Under the pieces are notes generated by a model that made no database searches, was not told the DNA's origin, and saw only the letters and a program-made list of their open reading frames with translations. This document shows, one piece after another, positions 15,525 to 27,264 of a DNA stretch of 29,852 bases. The position numbers and the translations under genes are program-made. Origin of the DNA: Nitrosopumilaceae archaeon (GTDB taxonomy: Archaea; Thermoproteota; Nitrososphaeria; Nitrososphaerales; Nitrosopumilaceae); assembly GCA_035685565.1 (NCBI GenBank), contig DASSAF010000286.1, positions 1 to 29,852 of the forward strand. Direction: 5' to 3'. Numbering within the stretch: the stretch's first letter is position 1; each line of letters opens with the position of its first letter.

Positions 15525-16775
15525 ATGATAAAAAAACATCTAGAAATTGTAGATCCGATTCATGACTTTATAAGAATTTATGAATCTGAAATCAAAATAA
15601 TAGATACTCCTATTTTTCAAAGATTACGTAGAATAAGACAACTTGCAGGTGCTCATCTGGTATATCCAGGAGCACAACATTCTAGATTTGAACATTCACT
15701 TGGAGTGACACATGTTGCAGGTCAAGCAGCAACTGTACTCAAAGATAAAGGATTTTTGAATTCAGACGATGTTGCAGATCTGAGAATGGGTGGTCTCTTA
15801 CATGATCTTGGCCATGGACCTTTCTCTCATTTATTTGAGGAAGTTTTACAAAAAAGAAAAAAAATCTCACATGAAGAAATTGGTAAGAAACTCATATTGC
15901 AAACTGAGATTGGAGATTTGCTATCAAGATCTGGTTTTAATAAAAAGTTTCTAGCTGAACTTGCCTTTGGAAATTCTAAACATCAATTTATGAACGAAAT
16001 CATATCTGGCGGCCTTAGTGCTGATATGATGGATTATCTACCACGAGATGGATATTTTACTGGGGCAGAACATGCTAAAATTGATTTTAAAAGAATAATT
16101 CAATCCCTAGATGTACACGAAAAAAAACTCTCACTTGATAAATCTGCACTTTATTCTTTTGAATCTATGATGATTTCAAGATATCAAATGTTTAAAGCAG
16201 TTTACTATCATAAAACCGTACGATCTGCCGAAGTTATGTTGTTAGAATCAATGAGTCTTGCAGATAATGAACTTGATCTTACTTCTACTGATCTTGATAA
16301 TTACATTAAGCTGACTGACGAATTTGTAATTTCAAAACTAGTATCTCTTAATGAAAAATCTTCAGATCTTAGAAGAGCAAGACAGCTTGCAAAAGATTAC
16401 CAAGAACGTAGACTACTCAAATGTGTCTTTGAAAAAACTCTTGCACGCTACGATCTAATAGGCAAAATAAAAACATTAGATATAAAAAAACAAATCTCTA
16501 AAAAATCCAAAGCAGTTGAATCAGAAATTTTTATTGATGTGTCCATGACTCCATCTATACCTCTTACACCTTCGAAAAAAGAATCAGAATCAATAACACT
16601 TACATCAAAAAAAGGTACGCTTTCTAAGGAAGCATACGAGCTCCCAATATCTGAGATACCCCTTGTTTCTGCAATTTCAGGATTTATGAACATCTTACGA
16701 GTTTATACAACGCAAAAAAACAGAAAAAAGGTTGAAATTGCAGCACAAATCATCCTTGGTGAAAACAAATTATGA
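15525..16775 (+). CDS. HD-domain phosphohydrolase (SAMHD1/dNTPase-like, COG1078)
   Basis: [48 protein letters not shown] motifs. Confidence 0.92.
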   Translation: MIKKHLEIVDPIHDFIRIYESEIKIIDTPIFQRLRRIRQLAGAHLVYPGAQHSRFEHSLGVTHVAGQAATVLKDKGFLNSDDVADLRMGGLLHDLGHGPFSHLFEEVLQKRKKISHEEIGKKLILQTEIGDLLSRSGFNKKFLAELAFGNSKHQFMNEIISGGLSADMMDYLPRDGYFTGAEHAKIDFKRIIQSLDVHEKKLSLDKSALYSFESMMISRYQMFKAVYYHKTVRSAEVMLLESMSLADNELDLTSTDLDNYIKLTDEFVISKLVSLNEKSSDLRRARQLAKDYQERRLLKCVFEKTLARYDLIGKIKTLDIKKQISKKSKAVESEIFIDVSMTPSIPLTPSKKESESITLTSKKGTLSKEAYELPISEIPLVSAISGFMNILRVYTTQKNRKKVEIAAQIILGENKL

Positions 16776-17449
16776 GAAAACGAATTGTCATAAAATTATC
16801 TGGTAGCTTGTTTGGAATGGAAGATGAAAAAATACTCAAGGACTATGCTACATTTTTCGTTAGGATATCGAAGATTTATCAACCAATTATTATAGCAGGG
16901 GGGGGTAAAATTGCAAGACATTACATTTCACATGCAAGATCTTCAGGTGCAGATGAATCGACACTTGATGAACTTGGTATTGAAGTATCAAGGCTTAATG
17001 CCAAACTTTTGATCTATGCAATACAAGATAAGGCGTACCCACATCCTCCAACCAATCTAAAAGAAGTCACACATGCAGCAGATAGCGGATTAATAGTAAT
17101 AACTGGTGGTTTGCATCCAGGTCAGAGTACCAATGCAACAGCAGCACTTATTGCAGAAAAGGTTAGAGCATCTGTATTTTTGAATGCTACAGATGTTGAC
17201 GGAGTATATGATTCAGATCCAAACAAGAATAAAAATGCAAAAAAATTCAAGCGAATCGAACTGAAAAAACTTCGTAATATGCTTGTTCACCAAGAATCCA
17301 TTGCTGGTGGCTATGATTTGATGGATATTGTAGCACTCAAAGTAATTGAACGATCCAAAATTAAAACACGCATCATAAAAGCAGATGTTAAAACTTTAGA
17401 AAGAGCGATCAAAGGTTCTCCTGAAGGAACTGAAATTATACTAACCTAA
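16772..17449 (+). CDS. pyrH: UMP kinase
   Basis: [44 protein letters not shown]; ATGA overlap with the HD gene. Confidence 0.93.
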   Translation: MRKRIVIKLSGSLFGMEDEKILKDYATFFVRISKIYQPIIIAGGGKIARHYISHARSSGADESTLDELGIEVSRLNAKLLIYAIQDKAYPHPPTNLKEVTHAADSGLIVITGGLHPGQSTNATAALIAEKVRASVFLNATDVDGVYDSDPNKNKNAKKFKRIELKKLRNMLVHQESIAGGYDLMDIVALKVIERSKIKTRIIKADVKTLERAIKGSPEGTEIILT

Positions 17450-17765
17450 CTTTTCCTGTGAATTCGGGTATGCCTGCAGTAATTGCTTTTTTCATAATTT
17501 CCTTTGCTTCACTTTCATTCAAAGTTTTGGATTGGGCTTTGGCATATCCCTCCTCGTCTACTATTACTGTAATCCAACCATCTGATTTCTGAACAACAGC
17601 CACAAATTCCTGCTCACCAACAGGCACAAACGTCCCTTCTGATTTTTTTACTGTGAGTGTAAGCATAGCAAAACCTGAATGAGAAAATAGATTCATCTGA
17701 GATTTTCTTGCTCTTTCTTGTCCTATCTTGATAGCTTGATGATACTGCATAAAATTACTTTCCAA
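17436..17765 (-). CDS. Conserved hypothetical protein
   Basis: 109-aa ORF with ordinary composition filling the gap; start may be MQYHQ at 17750; 14-nt convergent overlap with pyrH. Confidence 0.7.
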   Translation of the reverse strand: MESNFMQYHQAIKIGQERARKSQMNLFSHSGFAMLTLTVKKSEGTFVPVGEQEFVAVVQKSDGWITVIVDEEGYAKAQSKTLNESEAKEIMKKAITAGIPEFTGKVRLV

Positions 17766-17827
17766 ACTTTGACTAAAAGTCTTTACTGCTTAACATTTAT
17801 GTAAAGAACAAATCTTACCAATAAACC

Positions 17828-18385
17828 TTGGACAAGAAATTATTGATTGGTGCTGCAATTGGTATACTTATTGCAATAATAGCTGTGGTTGCATTACTTC
17901 CCAGCTCTGGTTTTTTGAAAAACTTTGTTCAAGAAAATCCTCAGGTTCCTGGAGGACTAAAGGCAGCATCTACCGAAATAAAACCAGTTGTAATCACTAT
18001 TAATAAAACATCAGTATTATCATTTACTAATAAAGAATCAATCATAGACACAAAATTTGATGTTTTAAATCCAAATGATGTTACAGTTATCCTGGAAGCA
18101 ATAACATATGATCTATATGAAAATGGAATCTTGGTAGGTCATGGTCAAATTGGAGAAAGACTTGAAGGTGCCTTAGAAAGTTCAAACTATTACACACTTG
18201 TAGAACGTTACACAAATCAACTAGACGGTAAAGTTATTTTAGAAAACACCGGTAATAATCCTGAACTTTGGTCTGCAATACAAAAAAATGATACAAAATG
18301 GAGTATTGTGGGTCAGGCGTTCTATAACACAAACACTGTTCTTAGCGGTCAACCCGGTTCAATTGGATTTAATTCTACTCAATAA
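17828..18385 (+). CDS. Membrane-anchored hypothetical protein with LEA_2/WHy-like beta domain
   Basis: N-terminal TM; FDVLNPNDVTVILEAITYDLYENG..VGHG resembles the LEA_2 NPN motif; TTG start. Confidence 0.7.
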   Translation: MDKKLLIGAAIGILIAIIAVVALLPSSGFLKNFVQENPQVPGGLKAASTEIKPVVITINKTSVLSFTNKESIIDTKFDVLNPNDVTVILEAITYDLYENGILVGHGQIGERLEGALESSNYYTLVERYTNQLDGKVILENTGNNPELWSAIQKNDTKWSIVGQAFYNTNTVLSGQPGSIGFNSTQ

Positions 18386-18471
18386 ACTAATTTACAAACA
18401 ATTTAGGATACAATATTTGAATTCCAACTGATTTATCCTTGAAATTTGTTTTTTCTAAAATAAATAAAAAA

Positions 18472-19047
18472 TCATTTTGTTGGATTGTATCTTGATCTGA
18501 TAAATTTTACTAAGTAAATAAAGCCAAGAATAATCCATGCAATCATCATTCCAGTCCATACATACAAGATTCCAAGATCCACCCATGCAACAAATTGAGA
18601 GGGAATTATGATTTTTAATTGGTATAATGGAAAAACATAGGAGTTGAGGTCTTGTGTATTCTGATAGATCATTGTAGTTCCACCTGATATTCTATTGATA
18701 ATCTGAATGATAGCATGCCAGCTAATAAAAAATGTTACAAAAAAGAAAATTGCTTTTCTGCCAATATGTTTTTTATATCCTCTTTTTTCTAATCTTGCAA
18801 GTCTTTCATTTACTTTATTTACTTCACTTCGTAATTCATTTATTGACTCATTGTCTACTGATATTCCAATTTCAGGTTTTTTTATAGAATCACTGTACGT
18901 TAAAACTAATGTATCTAAATATTTTTTATCAGATGCAAAGAGAGGTTTTCCATTCTGAAGTACATTTAAAATATAGTTTAGTCTCCCAACATCTCCTTTT
19001 CCTGATTCTATTAAATAAACAACTGATCTGATTAAATCACTAGACAT
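18472..19047 (-). CDS. Hypothetical membrane protein
   Basis: N-terminal GDVGRLNYIL..GKPLFASDKKYL module, short coiled coil, two TM segments. Confidence 0.75.
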   Translation of the reverse strand: MSSDLIRSVVYLIESGKGDVGRLNYILNVLQNGKPLFASDKKYLDTLVLTYSDSIKKPEIGISVDNESINELRSEVNKVNERLARLEKRGYKKHIGRKAIFFFVTFFISWHAIIQIINRISGGTTMIYQNTQDLNSYVFPLYQLKIIIPSQFVAWVDLGILYVWTGMMIAWIILGFIYLVKFIRSRYNPTK

Positions 19048-19166
19048 TTACTTTTCCCATGACCTTGTAGTGTGTAGCCAATAGGAAATGACTATCCATA
19101 ATAGTATTAGATAAATCTATCAATATTATCAAGCTCTTTTGGAAAAGGATTTTAATGTTAATCGGA

Positions 19167-19844
19167 TTAGCCTACACTTTTAAGGAAATTAATTACTGGC
19201 TCTCTGTCTGAATTTGCTAATGAGGCAAACCCTTCCAAAAGTTCTCTTTGAATTATTATTGCATCATCAAGAGCATTTCTAACACTATTTGCATCAAATG
19301 GAATTAGACGATCTATTTTTCCAATGCTATATGCTTCTACATATTTTTTAAGTATTGAAGAAATAAAGATTGGTGCAACATTCAAAAGTAATAGAATAGA
19401 TTTCTTAAAATCTTTATCCTTTGAATTAGAATTCTTTTCAAAAAAATGTTCAATTATTTTTGTCCTTTCTTTTTCCATCTCTTCAAGAGATGCTGCAACA
19501 AGTAAACCACCTTCAGTCAGTTGATAATATGGTACACCTTCTTCTTGTAATGCCTTTGGTCCCCGTTTTATGGGCAATCTTCCTGCCTCTTCTACAATTT
19601 TAAGAGGAAGCAAAATTTCATCCAAATCCCTAAAAATTCCAGAATAGATGTTTTGCCAAGTTGTTCCGTTTCTTTCAGCAAGTTTGTGAGCTATAGCAGT
19701 TCTTGTTTTCTTGGTAGGAATACTTTCAAGGGCAAGATGCATGACTATTCCTCTTTGGCGTATTGCCTCACCTGTAAGCTCTTTACTTTTAGTCTTGAAG
19801 GTCTGAAAAACTGATAATTGTGGATTTGGCATTTTTTGTTTCAT
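19167..19844 (-). CDS. Conserved hypothetical protein, probable winged-helix DNA-binding protein
   Basis: TRTAIAHKLA..TWQNIYSGIFRDLDEIL..GRLPIKRGPKALQEEGVPYYQLT..G resembles wHTH plus wing. Confidence 0.75.
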   Translation of the reverse strand: MKQKMPNPQLSVFQTFKTKSKELTGEAIRQRGIVMHLALESIPTKKTRTAIAHKLAERNGTTWQNIYSGIFRDLDEILLPLKIVEEAGRLPIKRGPKALQEEGVPYYQLTEGGLLVAASLEEMEKERTKIIEHFFEKNSNSKDKDFKKSILLLLNVAPIFISSILKKYVEAYSIGKIDRLIPFDANSVRNALDDAIIIQRELLEGFASLANSDREPVINFLKSVG

Positions 19845-20170
19845 AGTTTAGGCCTCTGAGTTAACATGCTCATTTTGGTTGAGATTCGATTATTTGATTT
19901 AAAAAAATAGTGACTTGTAATGTTCATAACGTGCTAGTATCTTGATATACCCAAATATAACAATATACGCTTTTACAGAATATTAGAATAATTTAATACT
20001 TTTTTGTATTTTTCATATTATGTTGAAAACTTTATAGTATTAGTTGCAACACAAAGTTTAGTTTTTTCATGAAGGAAATTTTTCTGTTATATACATGCAA
20101 ACAGATCACATGTTTTTAAATCGTAACACAATATGAAATGAATTTACATCACCTAGTTTACAATTAATTT

Positions 20171-20947
20171 ATGTTGATTAACGTAAAGGATGTTTCCAAA
20201 ATGCTTTATGATCCAAAATTGATTCTAGTTGATACAAGATCGTACAAGGATTATTCTGAGGGGCATGTGCCTGGGGCAGTTAATTTGGATTTTTTTTATT
20301 ATCATTGGTTTGATACCAGTAAAGATGGCATGAAAGCATTTAACATGCAAATGAGAAAGCTTCTTTCAATCCTAGGTGTTACAAAAGAAAAAACGGTTGT
20401 ATTCTATGATGATGTTTCTGGAATGAGTGCAGCTAGAGGAGTATGGCTTTTAACTTATTTTTCACATAAGAAATCTTTCATGCTAGATGGAGGAATAAAA
20501 AAATGGAAAAGTCAAAGATTTCCTATTGAAATTAAAACAAATGGATTCAAACCGGCTAAATTCTCTGGCAAAATTAACAAAAATGTATTTGCTGGATTTG
20601 AATATATTAAAAAAAACCTGAATAAAATAAAACTTATAGATGCAAGAGCACAAGAAGAATTTAACGGTACAGTAATTCGAGCTGCAAGAAAAGGTCACAT
20701 CCCAAATGCAATTAACATAGATTGGATTCTTAACATAAAAGAAGATGGCACCATGAAAGAAAACGAACTTCTTTCTATGCTCTACAAATTATCCAAGGAT
20801 GATGAGATAGTGACATACTGTCAGGGAGGATATAGAGCAGCAAACTCATTCTTGGCTCTCAAAAAACTTGGATTCAAAAACGTCAAAGTATATGTTGGTT
20901 CATGGGGAGAATGGGGAAATAGATCGGATCTTCCCGTGGAACAATAA
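20171..20947 (+). CDS. Tandem rhodanese thiosulfate/3-mercaptopyruvate sulfurtransferase
   Basis: LVDTRS..YSEGHVPGA, LDGG..KW, GHIPNAINI, active-site YCQGGYRAA, VYVGSWGEW. Confidence 0.93.
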   Translation: MLINVKDVSKMLYDPKLILVDTRSYKDYSEGHVPGAVNLDFFYYHWFDTSKDGMKAFNMQMRKLLSILGVTKEKTVVFYDDVSGMSAARGVWLLTYFSHKKSFMLDGGIKKWKSQRFPIEIKTNGFKPAKFSGKINKNVFAGFEYIKKNLNKIKLIDARAQEEFNGTVIRAARKGHIPNAINIDWILNIKEDGTMKENELLSMLYKLSKDDEIVTYCQGGYRAANSFLALKKLGFKNVKVYVGSWGEWGNRSDLPVEQ

Positions 20948-21110
20948 TTTCTTATCAATCTAATTTTTAGATTCCAAGCCTGAATTGGTAATTTTATAGA
21001 ATTCATCCTAGATTTAGAACTAATCTTTGATTGAAAAGTAATATTTTTTTAAAAAATAGATCAGTCAATATAAAAATTAGATTAATATAACCTCGCCAAA
21101 TGAGCCATAC

Positions 21111-21452
21111 ATGATGATGCTGAACAAACGTTCAAAATTATCTGGTATTATAATAATTGTAGGTTTAACGATCGCACTTTCTACATTCTTTACAACCCCA
21201 GCATTTGCGCAATCCGCAGCTACAAGTTCAGGTTTAACAAAACCATTGTTAGCTATTGCAGCTGCAATTGCTATAGCTGGAGGTTTGATAGGTACTGGTA
21301 ATGCACAACAAGGAATTGGTGCTGCTGGTATGGGTATCATAGCTGAGAAGCCAGAAAAATTTGGTCAGGTATTATTCTTCTTTGTCATTCCTGAAACACT
21401 CTGGATCATCGGATTCGTGCTAGGAATCATTCTGTTACTTGGCATACTATAG
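21111..21452 (+). CDS. atpK: A/V-type ATPase subunit K (c, proteolipid)
   Basis: Hairpin TMs AAAIAIAGGLIGTGNAQQGIG and FFVIPETLWIIG with carrier Glu; signal-peptide-like leader. Confidence 0.93.
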   Translation: MMMLNKRSKLSGIIIIVGLTIALSTFFTTPAFAQSAATSSGLTKPLLAIAAAIAIAGGLIGTGNAQQGIGAAGMGIIAEKPEKFGQVLFFFVIPETLWIIGFVLGIILLLGIL

Positions 21453-21463
21453 TGGAATTTGTA

Positions 21464-22018
21464 ATGAGCATAGAGACCTTTCTCCTTGAGATAGAGAATA
21501 GGAAAAAAAAGGATCTTGCAAAACTTAGCAAAGAACTAGATGAAAAAGGAACTGCTATACAAAACCAAAGAGATGCACAAATCAAAGAAATACAGGAACG
21601 TTTTGCAAATGAGGCAAAATTAAAATCTGAAAGAGAATTAGCAAGAATAATAGAGTCAGCTAGATTACAAGCAAAAAAAATCATGTTTGATGCCATTAAC
21701 GCAAACTTAGAATCTTCATTTGATGTTATTAAACAAGAAATTAAGAATTATGTAAAATCACCGCAGTACAAGAAAACATTAGAAACCATGGTAAATACCT
21801 CAAAAAAAAAATTAGGTCAACAAATTACTGTTCATTGTCGTGAAGAAGACCGTGCAGTTTTAAAAGAAATGGGAATTACCATTGATTCTACAATTAAAAC
21901 TTTGGGTGGAATAATAGCAGAAAATAATGATGGAACAAAGGAAATAGATCTGACATTTGAAGAACTTTTAAGAACTCATGAAGATGAAGTAAAAGGTTTT
22001 CTTTCGGAGAGAACATAA
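21464..22018 (+). CDS. atpE: A/V-type ATPase subunit E
   Basis: Charged N-terminal helix; TLGGIIAE..EIDLTFEELL; operon position. ATG 21464 (or GTG 21452). Confidence 0.9.
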   Translation: MSIETFLLEIENRKKKDLAKLSKELDEKGTAIQNQRDAQIKEIQERFANEAKLKSERELARIIESARLQAKKIMFDAINANLESSFDVIKQEIKNYVKSPQYKKTLETMVNTSKKKLGQQITVHCREEDRAVLKEMGITIDSTIKTLGGIIAENNDGTKEIDLTFEELLRTHEDEVKGFLSERT

Positions 22019-23085
22019 TGGGAACTTCACAATATGCATCTTCTTTTGGTAGATTGCAAGCAATATCAATGAATTTTCTTACTAAAGATATGATGCAGAA
22101 TTTATTAAAAGCAAAAGATGACGTTGAAATGGCAAAAATACTCGAGTCAACATGGTATGGACCAGAGATTGAAAAAGCTGCATCTGTTTACCAACCTTCA
22201 GAAATTTTAGAAATTGCATTGAATCGATACCTTGTTCAAATTAATAAAATTGCATTAGACGCAACGCCGTTTAATGGAAAATCTGCAGTTAGAGCATATT
22301 TGTCAAAATGGGATATCTACAATATTGAATTGATACTTTCTTCAAAAAGTATGGGCAAAACAATTACTGAGACAGAATCATTTCTCGTCTCTAGTCGTAA
22401 CGTCCCAGCAGGAATTTCTGCAGGTAATATTACCCATGATGAGATGAAAACCATTCTCTCACAAACAGGTGTAGATGGTGTAGTAAATCAACTTGTGAAA
22501 TACAACTATGGCACAATCTTAATGCAACACTTGGAAGAATACCAGAAAAGTAGTGATCTTGGTCCTATGATGTATGCTTTACAAAAATTTTATTATAAAG
22601 CATTACTTGAATCTCTGAAATTCTTTCAAGGCGATGAAGGTATGATAAGGGAATTTTTCAGAGCAGAGATTGATAAGAAAAATATACTAAATCTTATGAA
22701 AGGTAAAGAAGCAAATTTGGATAAAGAACTAGTAGGTAGACATCTTATCGACGGAGGAAGAATTCCAATAAATGAGCTATTGGATATCTATGGAGTAAAA
22801 GATTCTGCAGAAATTGCCGGAAGAGTGGAAAATCGCTTTTCTTTAATAAACGCGTTAGCACAATACAAAAAGACAAAAAGTTTAATTGATTTTGAAGTGG
22901 CACTTGACAAATTCATAAATATTCAATATGTCAAAAAATTGAAAAATATTGCACTTTCTATTGGAACAGTATTTTACTTTATAATTAATGCAGAATATGA
23001 ACGTGAAAACATTAGAAGAATAGCATATGGAAAACGTTACAATTTATCAACTGAACAAATAAGCTCAATGTTGCTAAGTGAATAA
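22018..23085 (+). CDS. atpC: A/V-type ATPase subunit C (d)
   Basis: 355 aa; YLSKWDIYNIELIL, EIDKKNILNL, EYERENIRRIAYG motifs. Confidence 0.9.
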   Translation: MGTSQYASSFGRLQAISMNFLTKDMMQNLLKAKDDVEMAKILESTWYGPEIEKAASVYQPSEILEIALNRYLVQINKIALDATPFNGKSAVRAYLSKWDIYNIELILSSKSMGKTITETESFLVSSRNVPAGISAGNITHDEMKTILSQTGVDGVVNQLVKYNYGTILMQHLEEYQKSSDLGPMMYALQKFYYKALLESLKFFQGDEGMIREFFRAEIDKKNILNLMKGKEANLDKELVGRHLIDGGRIPINELLDIYGVKDSAEIAGRVENRFSLINALAQYKKTKSLIDFEVALDKFINIQYVKKLKNIALSIGTVFYFIINAEYERENIRRIAYGKRYNLSTEQISSMLLSE

Positions 23086-23087
23086 AA

Positions 23088-23426
23088 ATGTCTAAACAAA
23101 AAACAGAATCAAGTGGAAGGATTGCAGTAATAGGAGAGCGTGAGCTAGTCATTGGATATCGACTTCTTGGAATGGACGATACATTTATTGTCAGTAAGGA
23201 TGATGCTAACAAAACATTGCAAGAACTTTTTTCATCTGGTAAATTTGGGTTGATTATTGTAAGCGAATTTGTTCGCAACTTACTTCCAAGTACATTTAAA
23301 ACAAAAATCGAGGCATCCATAGAACCACTGGTATTATTCATGCCATCACTACAGGGAAACATTCAAGAAGAGTCAATATCCGTATTAGCAAAAAGGGTAT
23401 TGGGGATTAATATTCAAGGAAGTTGA
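23088..23426 (+). CDS. atpF: A/V-type ATPase subunit F
   Basis: RIAVIGERELVIGYRLLGM, FGLIIVSE, KRVLGINI. Confidence 0.92.
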   Translation: MSKQKTESSGRIAVIGERELVIGYRLLGMDDTFIVSKDDANKTLQELFSSGKFGLIIVSEFVRNLLPSTFKTKIEASIEPLVLFMPSLQGNIQEESISVLAKRVLGINIQGS

Positions 23427-23433
23427 TGATGAG

Positions 23434-25200
23434 ATGACAGATGGAATAGTTTCTAGAATTTCAGGACCCGTAGTTTTAGCAAGTGGTCTTGAAGGCGCAC
23501 AAATGTTTGACGTCGTACGAATTGGTGAACTTGGTCTAGTAGGAGAAATAATTCGTTTAGAAGGCAACAAGGCTACCATTCAGGTGTATGAAGATACAAC
23601 TGGTTTAAGACCAGGTGAAAAAGTCATCAATACAAAACGTCCGCTCTCATTGCAACTTGGACCAGGACTTTTAACTTCAATTTATGATGGTATTCAAAGG
23701 CCACTTGATGTACTAAGAGCACAAAGTGGAGACTTTATCAGCAGAGGAAATATCATCCCAGCACTTGATCAGACAAAAAAATGGGATTTTATTCCATTAA
23801 AGAAAAAAGGTGATCATGTTTCTCCAGGTGAAATTATTGGTGAAGTCCAAGAAACTCCATTGATAATGCACAAAATAATGATTCCATATAATGTTGAAGG
23901 TGAACTCACAGAAATATCTGAAGGAAAATACAACGTCAATGAGATTGTAGGATCTGTTCAAACAAATAGCTCAAAAGTAGAAATTGGTCTGTCAAGTTGG
24001 TGGACAGTTCGTGTACCAAGACCCGTACTGCGTAAACTTCCACCAGAAGAACCATTGCTTACAGGTCAACGTGTATTAGATACATTCTTTCCAGTAGCAA
24101 AAGGCGGAACTGCCGCAATTCCAGGACCATTTGGAAGTGGAAAAACAGTAACCCAACAACAACTTGCCAAATGGGCAGACAGTAACGTCATTGTCTATGT
24201 AGGTTGTGGAGAAAGAGGAAACGAGATGACAGAGGTTCTTACAACTTTTCCAAAACTAGAGGATCCTAAATCAAAGCGTCCATTAATGGAACGTACAATT
24301 CTTGTTGCTAATACCTCTAACATGCCAGTAGCTGCACGTGAAGCTAGTATCTATACTGGAATTACAATGGGAGAATATTATCGTGATATGGGATATGGTG
24401 TAGCATTGATGGCAGATAGTACATCTAGATGGGCTGAAGCACTAAGAGAAATTTCAGGAAGATTAGAAGAGATGCCAGGTGAAGAAGGATATCCAGCATA
24501 TCTTGGAAGAAGATTAGCAGAGTTTTATGAAAGGGGTGGCAAAGCTATTGTTATATCTCCAGAGGAGAGGATAGGTTCCTTGACTTTGGTTGGTGCAGTT
24601 TCACCTCCTGGTGGAGACTTTTCAGAACCAGTATCACAAAACACACTAAGAGTTACAAGAGTTTTCTGGGCTTTGGATGCAAGCTTGGCATCAAGAAGAC
24701 ATTTTCCATCTATCAACTGGCTTACAAGTTATTCATTGTATGCTGATAACATGGGTGAATGGTACAAAAATAATGTTGCAGTCGATTGGGTTGCTCTAAG
24801 AAAAGAAGCTCTAGAAATTTTACAAAGAGAATCAGAATTGCAAGAAATTGTTCAATTGGTAGGTTATGATGCATTACCCGAACCAGAAAAAGGAGTTTTG
24901 GACACTGCACGATCTATTAGAGAAGATTATCTGCAACAAAGTGCTTATGATGAAGTCGATACTTATACATCAATTAAAAAACAATATCTTTTACTTAAAA
25001 CAATTTTAGATTTTGGTAGAAAAGAAAGTGATGCAATAAAGAAAGGTGCAACATCATCAAAGATTGGTGCACTAGAATCAAGAAAAATGATTTCAAGAAT
25101 AAAATGGACTAAAGAAGAACAAGTAGAGCAATTGGTTAAGGATACACTGACTACCATGGAAAAAGAATTCAATACTCTAATGATTGAGGTGACTACATAG
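23434..25200 (+). CDS. atpA: A/V-type ATPase catalytic subunit A
   Basis: Walker [40 protein letters not shown]; no intein. Confidence 0.97.
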   Translation: MTDGIVSRISGPVVLASGLEGAQMFDVVRIGELGLVGEIIRLEGNKATIQVYEDTTGLRPGEKVINTKRPLSLQLGPGLLTSIYDGIQRPLDVLRAQSGDFISRGNIIPALDQTKKWDFIPLKKKGDHVSPGEIIGEVQETPLIMHKIMIPYNVEGELTEISEGKYNVNEIVGSVQTNSSKVEIGLSSWWTVRVPRPVLRKLPPEEPLLTGQRVLDTFFPVAKGGTAAIPGPFGSGKTVTQQQLAKWADSNVIVYVGCGERGNEMTEVLTTFPKLEDPKSKRPLMERTILVANTSNMPVAAREASIYTGITMGEYYRDMGYGVALMADSTSRWAEALREISGRLEEMPGEEGYPAYLGRRLAEFYERGGKAIVISPEERIGSLTLVGAVSPPGGDFSEPVSQNTLRVTRVFWALDASLASRRHFPSINWLTSYSLYADNMGEWYKNNVAVDWVALRKEALEILQRESELQEIVQLVGYDALPEPEKGVLDTARSIREDYLQQSAYDEVDTYTSIKKQYLLLKTILDFGRKESDAIKKGATSSKIGALESRKMISRIKWTKEEQVEQLVKDTLTTMEKEFNTLMIEVTT

Positions 25201-26592
25201 ATGTCTGGTGTAGCATTCAAGACACTATCAAAAATTGCAGGTCCACTGATATTTGTAGAAGGCGTAGATAATGCAGCTTATGGCGAAATGGTTGAGATAA
25301 AACTTCCCAACGGCGAGAGACGACAAGGACAAGTCCTTGATACTAGACAAGGTTTAGCAGTGGTTCAAGTCTTTGGTCCAACCCTTGGCATGACTACTTC
25401 TGGAACCACAACAAAATTCACTGGTGAGACTGCAATGATGTCAGTTTCTGATGAAATGCTTGGAAGGGTATTTGATGGACTAGGGAATCCTAGAGATAAT
25501 GGACCAAAAATAGTATCTAAACAAAAAGTTGATCTTGTAGGTTCTGGTATCAATCCATACGCCAGAGAAGAACCTTCAGAATTCATCCAAACAGGAATGT
25601 CAAACATTGATGGAATGAATACTCTTGTAAGAGGTCAAAAGCTTCCAATATTTTCTGGTTCTGGTCTTCCACATAATTTACTTGCTGCACAGATAGCAAG
25701 ACAGGCCAAAGTTCTTGGTGGTTCTGAAAACTTCTCTGTTGTGTTTGCTGCAATAGGAATTACAAGTGAAGAATCAAACTTTTTCATAAAGCAATTTGAA
25801 GAAAGCGGAGCTCTTGGAAGAACCGCACTATTTTTGAATCTGTCATCTGATCCTTCTATGGAGCGTATACTTACTCCTAGACTTGCTCTAACAACAGCAG
25901 AATTTCTTGCTTATGAGCGTGACATGCATGTCCTTGTCATTATTACCGATATGACAAATTATTGTGAAGCATTAAGAGAAATCGCTGCAGCACGTGAAGA
26001 AGTTCCAGGAAGAAGGGGATATCCGGGATACATGTATACCGACCTATCATCTCTTTATGAAAGAGCCGGAAAGATAAAGGGGCGACATGGTTCCGTAACA
26101 CAAATTCCTATACTCACAATGCCAGCTGATGATATTACACATCCTATACCAGATCTTACTGGTTACATTACGGAAGGTCAGATAGTAATGAGTAGAGATT
26201 TGCATAGATCAGGTATTCATCCACCAGTAGATGTACTAACAAGTCTTTCACGTTTGATGAATCAAGGTATTGGAAAAGGAAACACAAGAGAAGATCATCG
26301 AGGTCTAGCAGACCAACTTTATGCAGCATATGCACAAGGTAAAGATGCAAGATCACTTGCAGCTATAGTTGGTGAAGAAGCTCTAAGTGATTTAGATAAG
26401 AAATTTCTAAAGGTTGCTAACAACTTTGAGAGAAAATTTGTTGATCAAGGAATGGACGAAAACCGTTCAATTGAACAAACTCTAGACATTGGTTGGGAAT
26501 TACTTAGCGATCTATCTGACTCAGAAATGAATCGTATTAAACCAGAATTCATTGCAAAATACGGGAAAAGAACCACAAAGGGTGGTGCATAG
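25201..26592 (+). CDS. atpB: A/V-type ATPase subunit B
   Basis: [45 protein letters not shown]; SD gaggtga upstream. Confidence 0.97.
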   Translation: MSGVAFKTLSKIAGPLIFVEGVDNAAYGEMVEIKLPNGERRQGQVLDTRQGLAVVQVFGPTLGMTTSGTTTKFTGETAMMSVSDEMLGRVFDGLGNPRDNGPKIVSKQKVDLVGSGINPYAREEPSEFIQTGMSNIDGMNTLVRGQKLPIFSGSGLPHNLLAAQIARQAKVLGGSENFSVVFAAIGITSEESNFFIKQFEESGALGRTALFLNLSSDPSMERILTPRLALTTAEFLAYERDMHVLVIITDMTNYCEALREIAAAREEVPGRRGYPGYMYTDLSSLYERAGKIKGRHGSVTQIPILTMPADDITHPIPDLTGYITEGQIVMSRDLHRSGIHPPVDVLTSLSRLMNQGIGKGNTREDHRGLADQLYAAYAQGKDARSLAAIVGEEALSDLDKKFLKVANNFERKFVDQGMDENRSIEQTLDIGWELLSDLSDSEMNRIKPEFIAKYGKRTTKGGA

Positions 26593-26595
26593 ACT

Positions 26596-27264
26596 TTGCC
26601 ATCAGTAATTAACATTCGTCCAACTCGTCTTGAATACATTCGTACTAAGCGAAGAATTGTTGTTGCTAACAAAGGATTAAAGTTACTAAAACTAAAACGT
26701 CAAGCATTAATTCTAGAATTTTTTAATGCAAGCAAAACTGCTGCTGCATTAAGAAGCGGTTTACAATCTGAATTGGTAAAAGGCTACCAAAGTATCAGAT
26801 TAGCAGAGATGCTTGCAGGTACAATGAGATTAGAAAATGAAGCAATGAAGATTCCACAAATAAGTAAATTGCAAATTCAAGTAAAAAATGTAATGGGAGT
26901 TAGTATACCAAAATTAGAAGGTGGAAAAAGTAATACTGCTATTATTGAGCATATATTGGAACTTCCTCCTTCAATTAATGAAGCAATAAAAGCATTTCAA
27001 AATGTTCATAAAATGGTACTTGATGTTGCAGAAAAAGAAACCACGTTACGAAAGCTTCTATATGAGATTGAAAAGACAAAACGAAAATCTAATGCAATAG
27101 AGAACGTTTTCATTCCAAGATTACAGGGGGCTGTTAAATTCATCATATTCAGACTAGCTGAGATGGAACGTGATACATTCATCATGTTAAAGACAGTAAA
27201 GCGTAAGATGGGTGAAAGAGAACAAGAAAATATTCAAAGGGAGAAAGAAATACTTGCCAGCTAA
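26596..27264 (+). CDS. atpD: A/V-type ATPase subunit D
   Basis: RPTRLE..GLKLLKLKRQAL, EIEKTKRKSNAIE..FIP; TTG start. Confidence 0.95.
   Translation: MPSVINIRPTRLEYIRTKRRIVVANKGLKLLKLKRQALILEFFNASKTAAALRSGLQSELVKGYQSIRLAEMLAGTMRLENEAMKIPQISKLQIQVKNVMGVSIPKLEGGKSNTAIIEHILELPPSINEAIKAFQNVHKMVLDVAEKETTLRKLLYEIEKTKRKSNAIENVFIPRLQGAVKFIIFRLAEMERDTFIMLKTVKRKMGEREQENIQREKEILAS

Noticed and set aside
19841-19873. 10-codon minus-strand uORF MSMLTQRPKL whose stop overlaps the ATG at 19844
   Set aside because: Too short to distinguish from chance; no SD or telling codon run.
20957-20973. Inverted repeat AATCTAA-TTT-TTAGATT after the rhodanese stop
   Set aside because: Very AT-rich and short; expected by chance or a simple terminator element; a link to atp regulation is unsupported.
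23434-26592. Possible intein in atpA/atpB
   Set aside because: Lengths (588 and 463 aa) are standard and motifs are contiguous.
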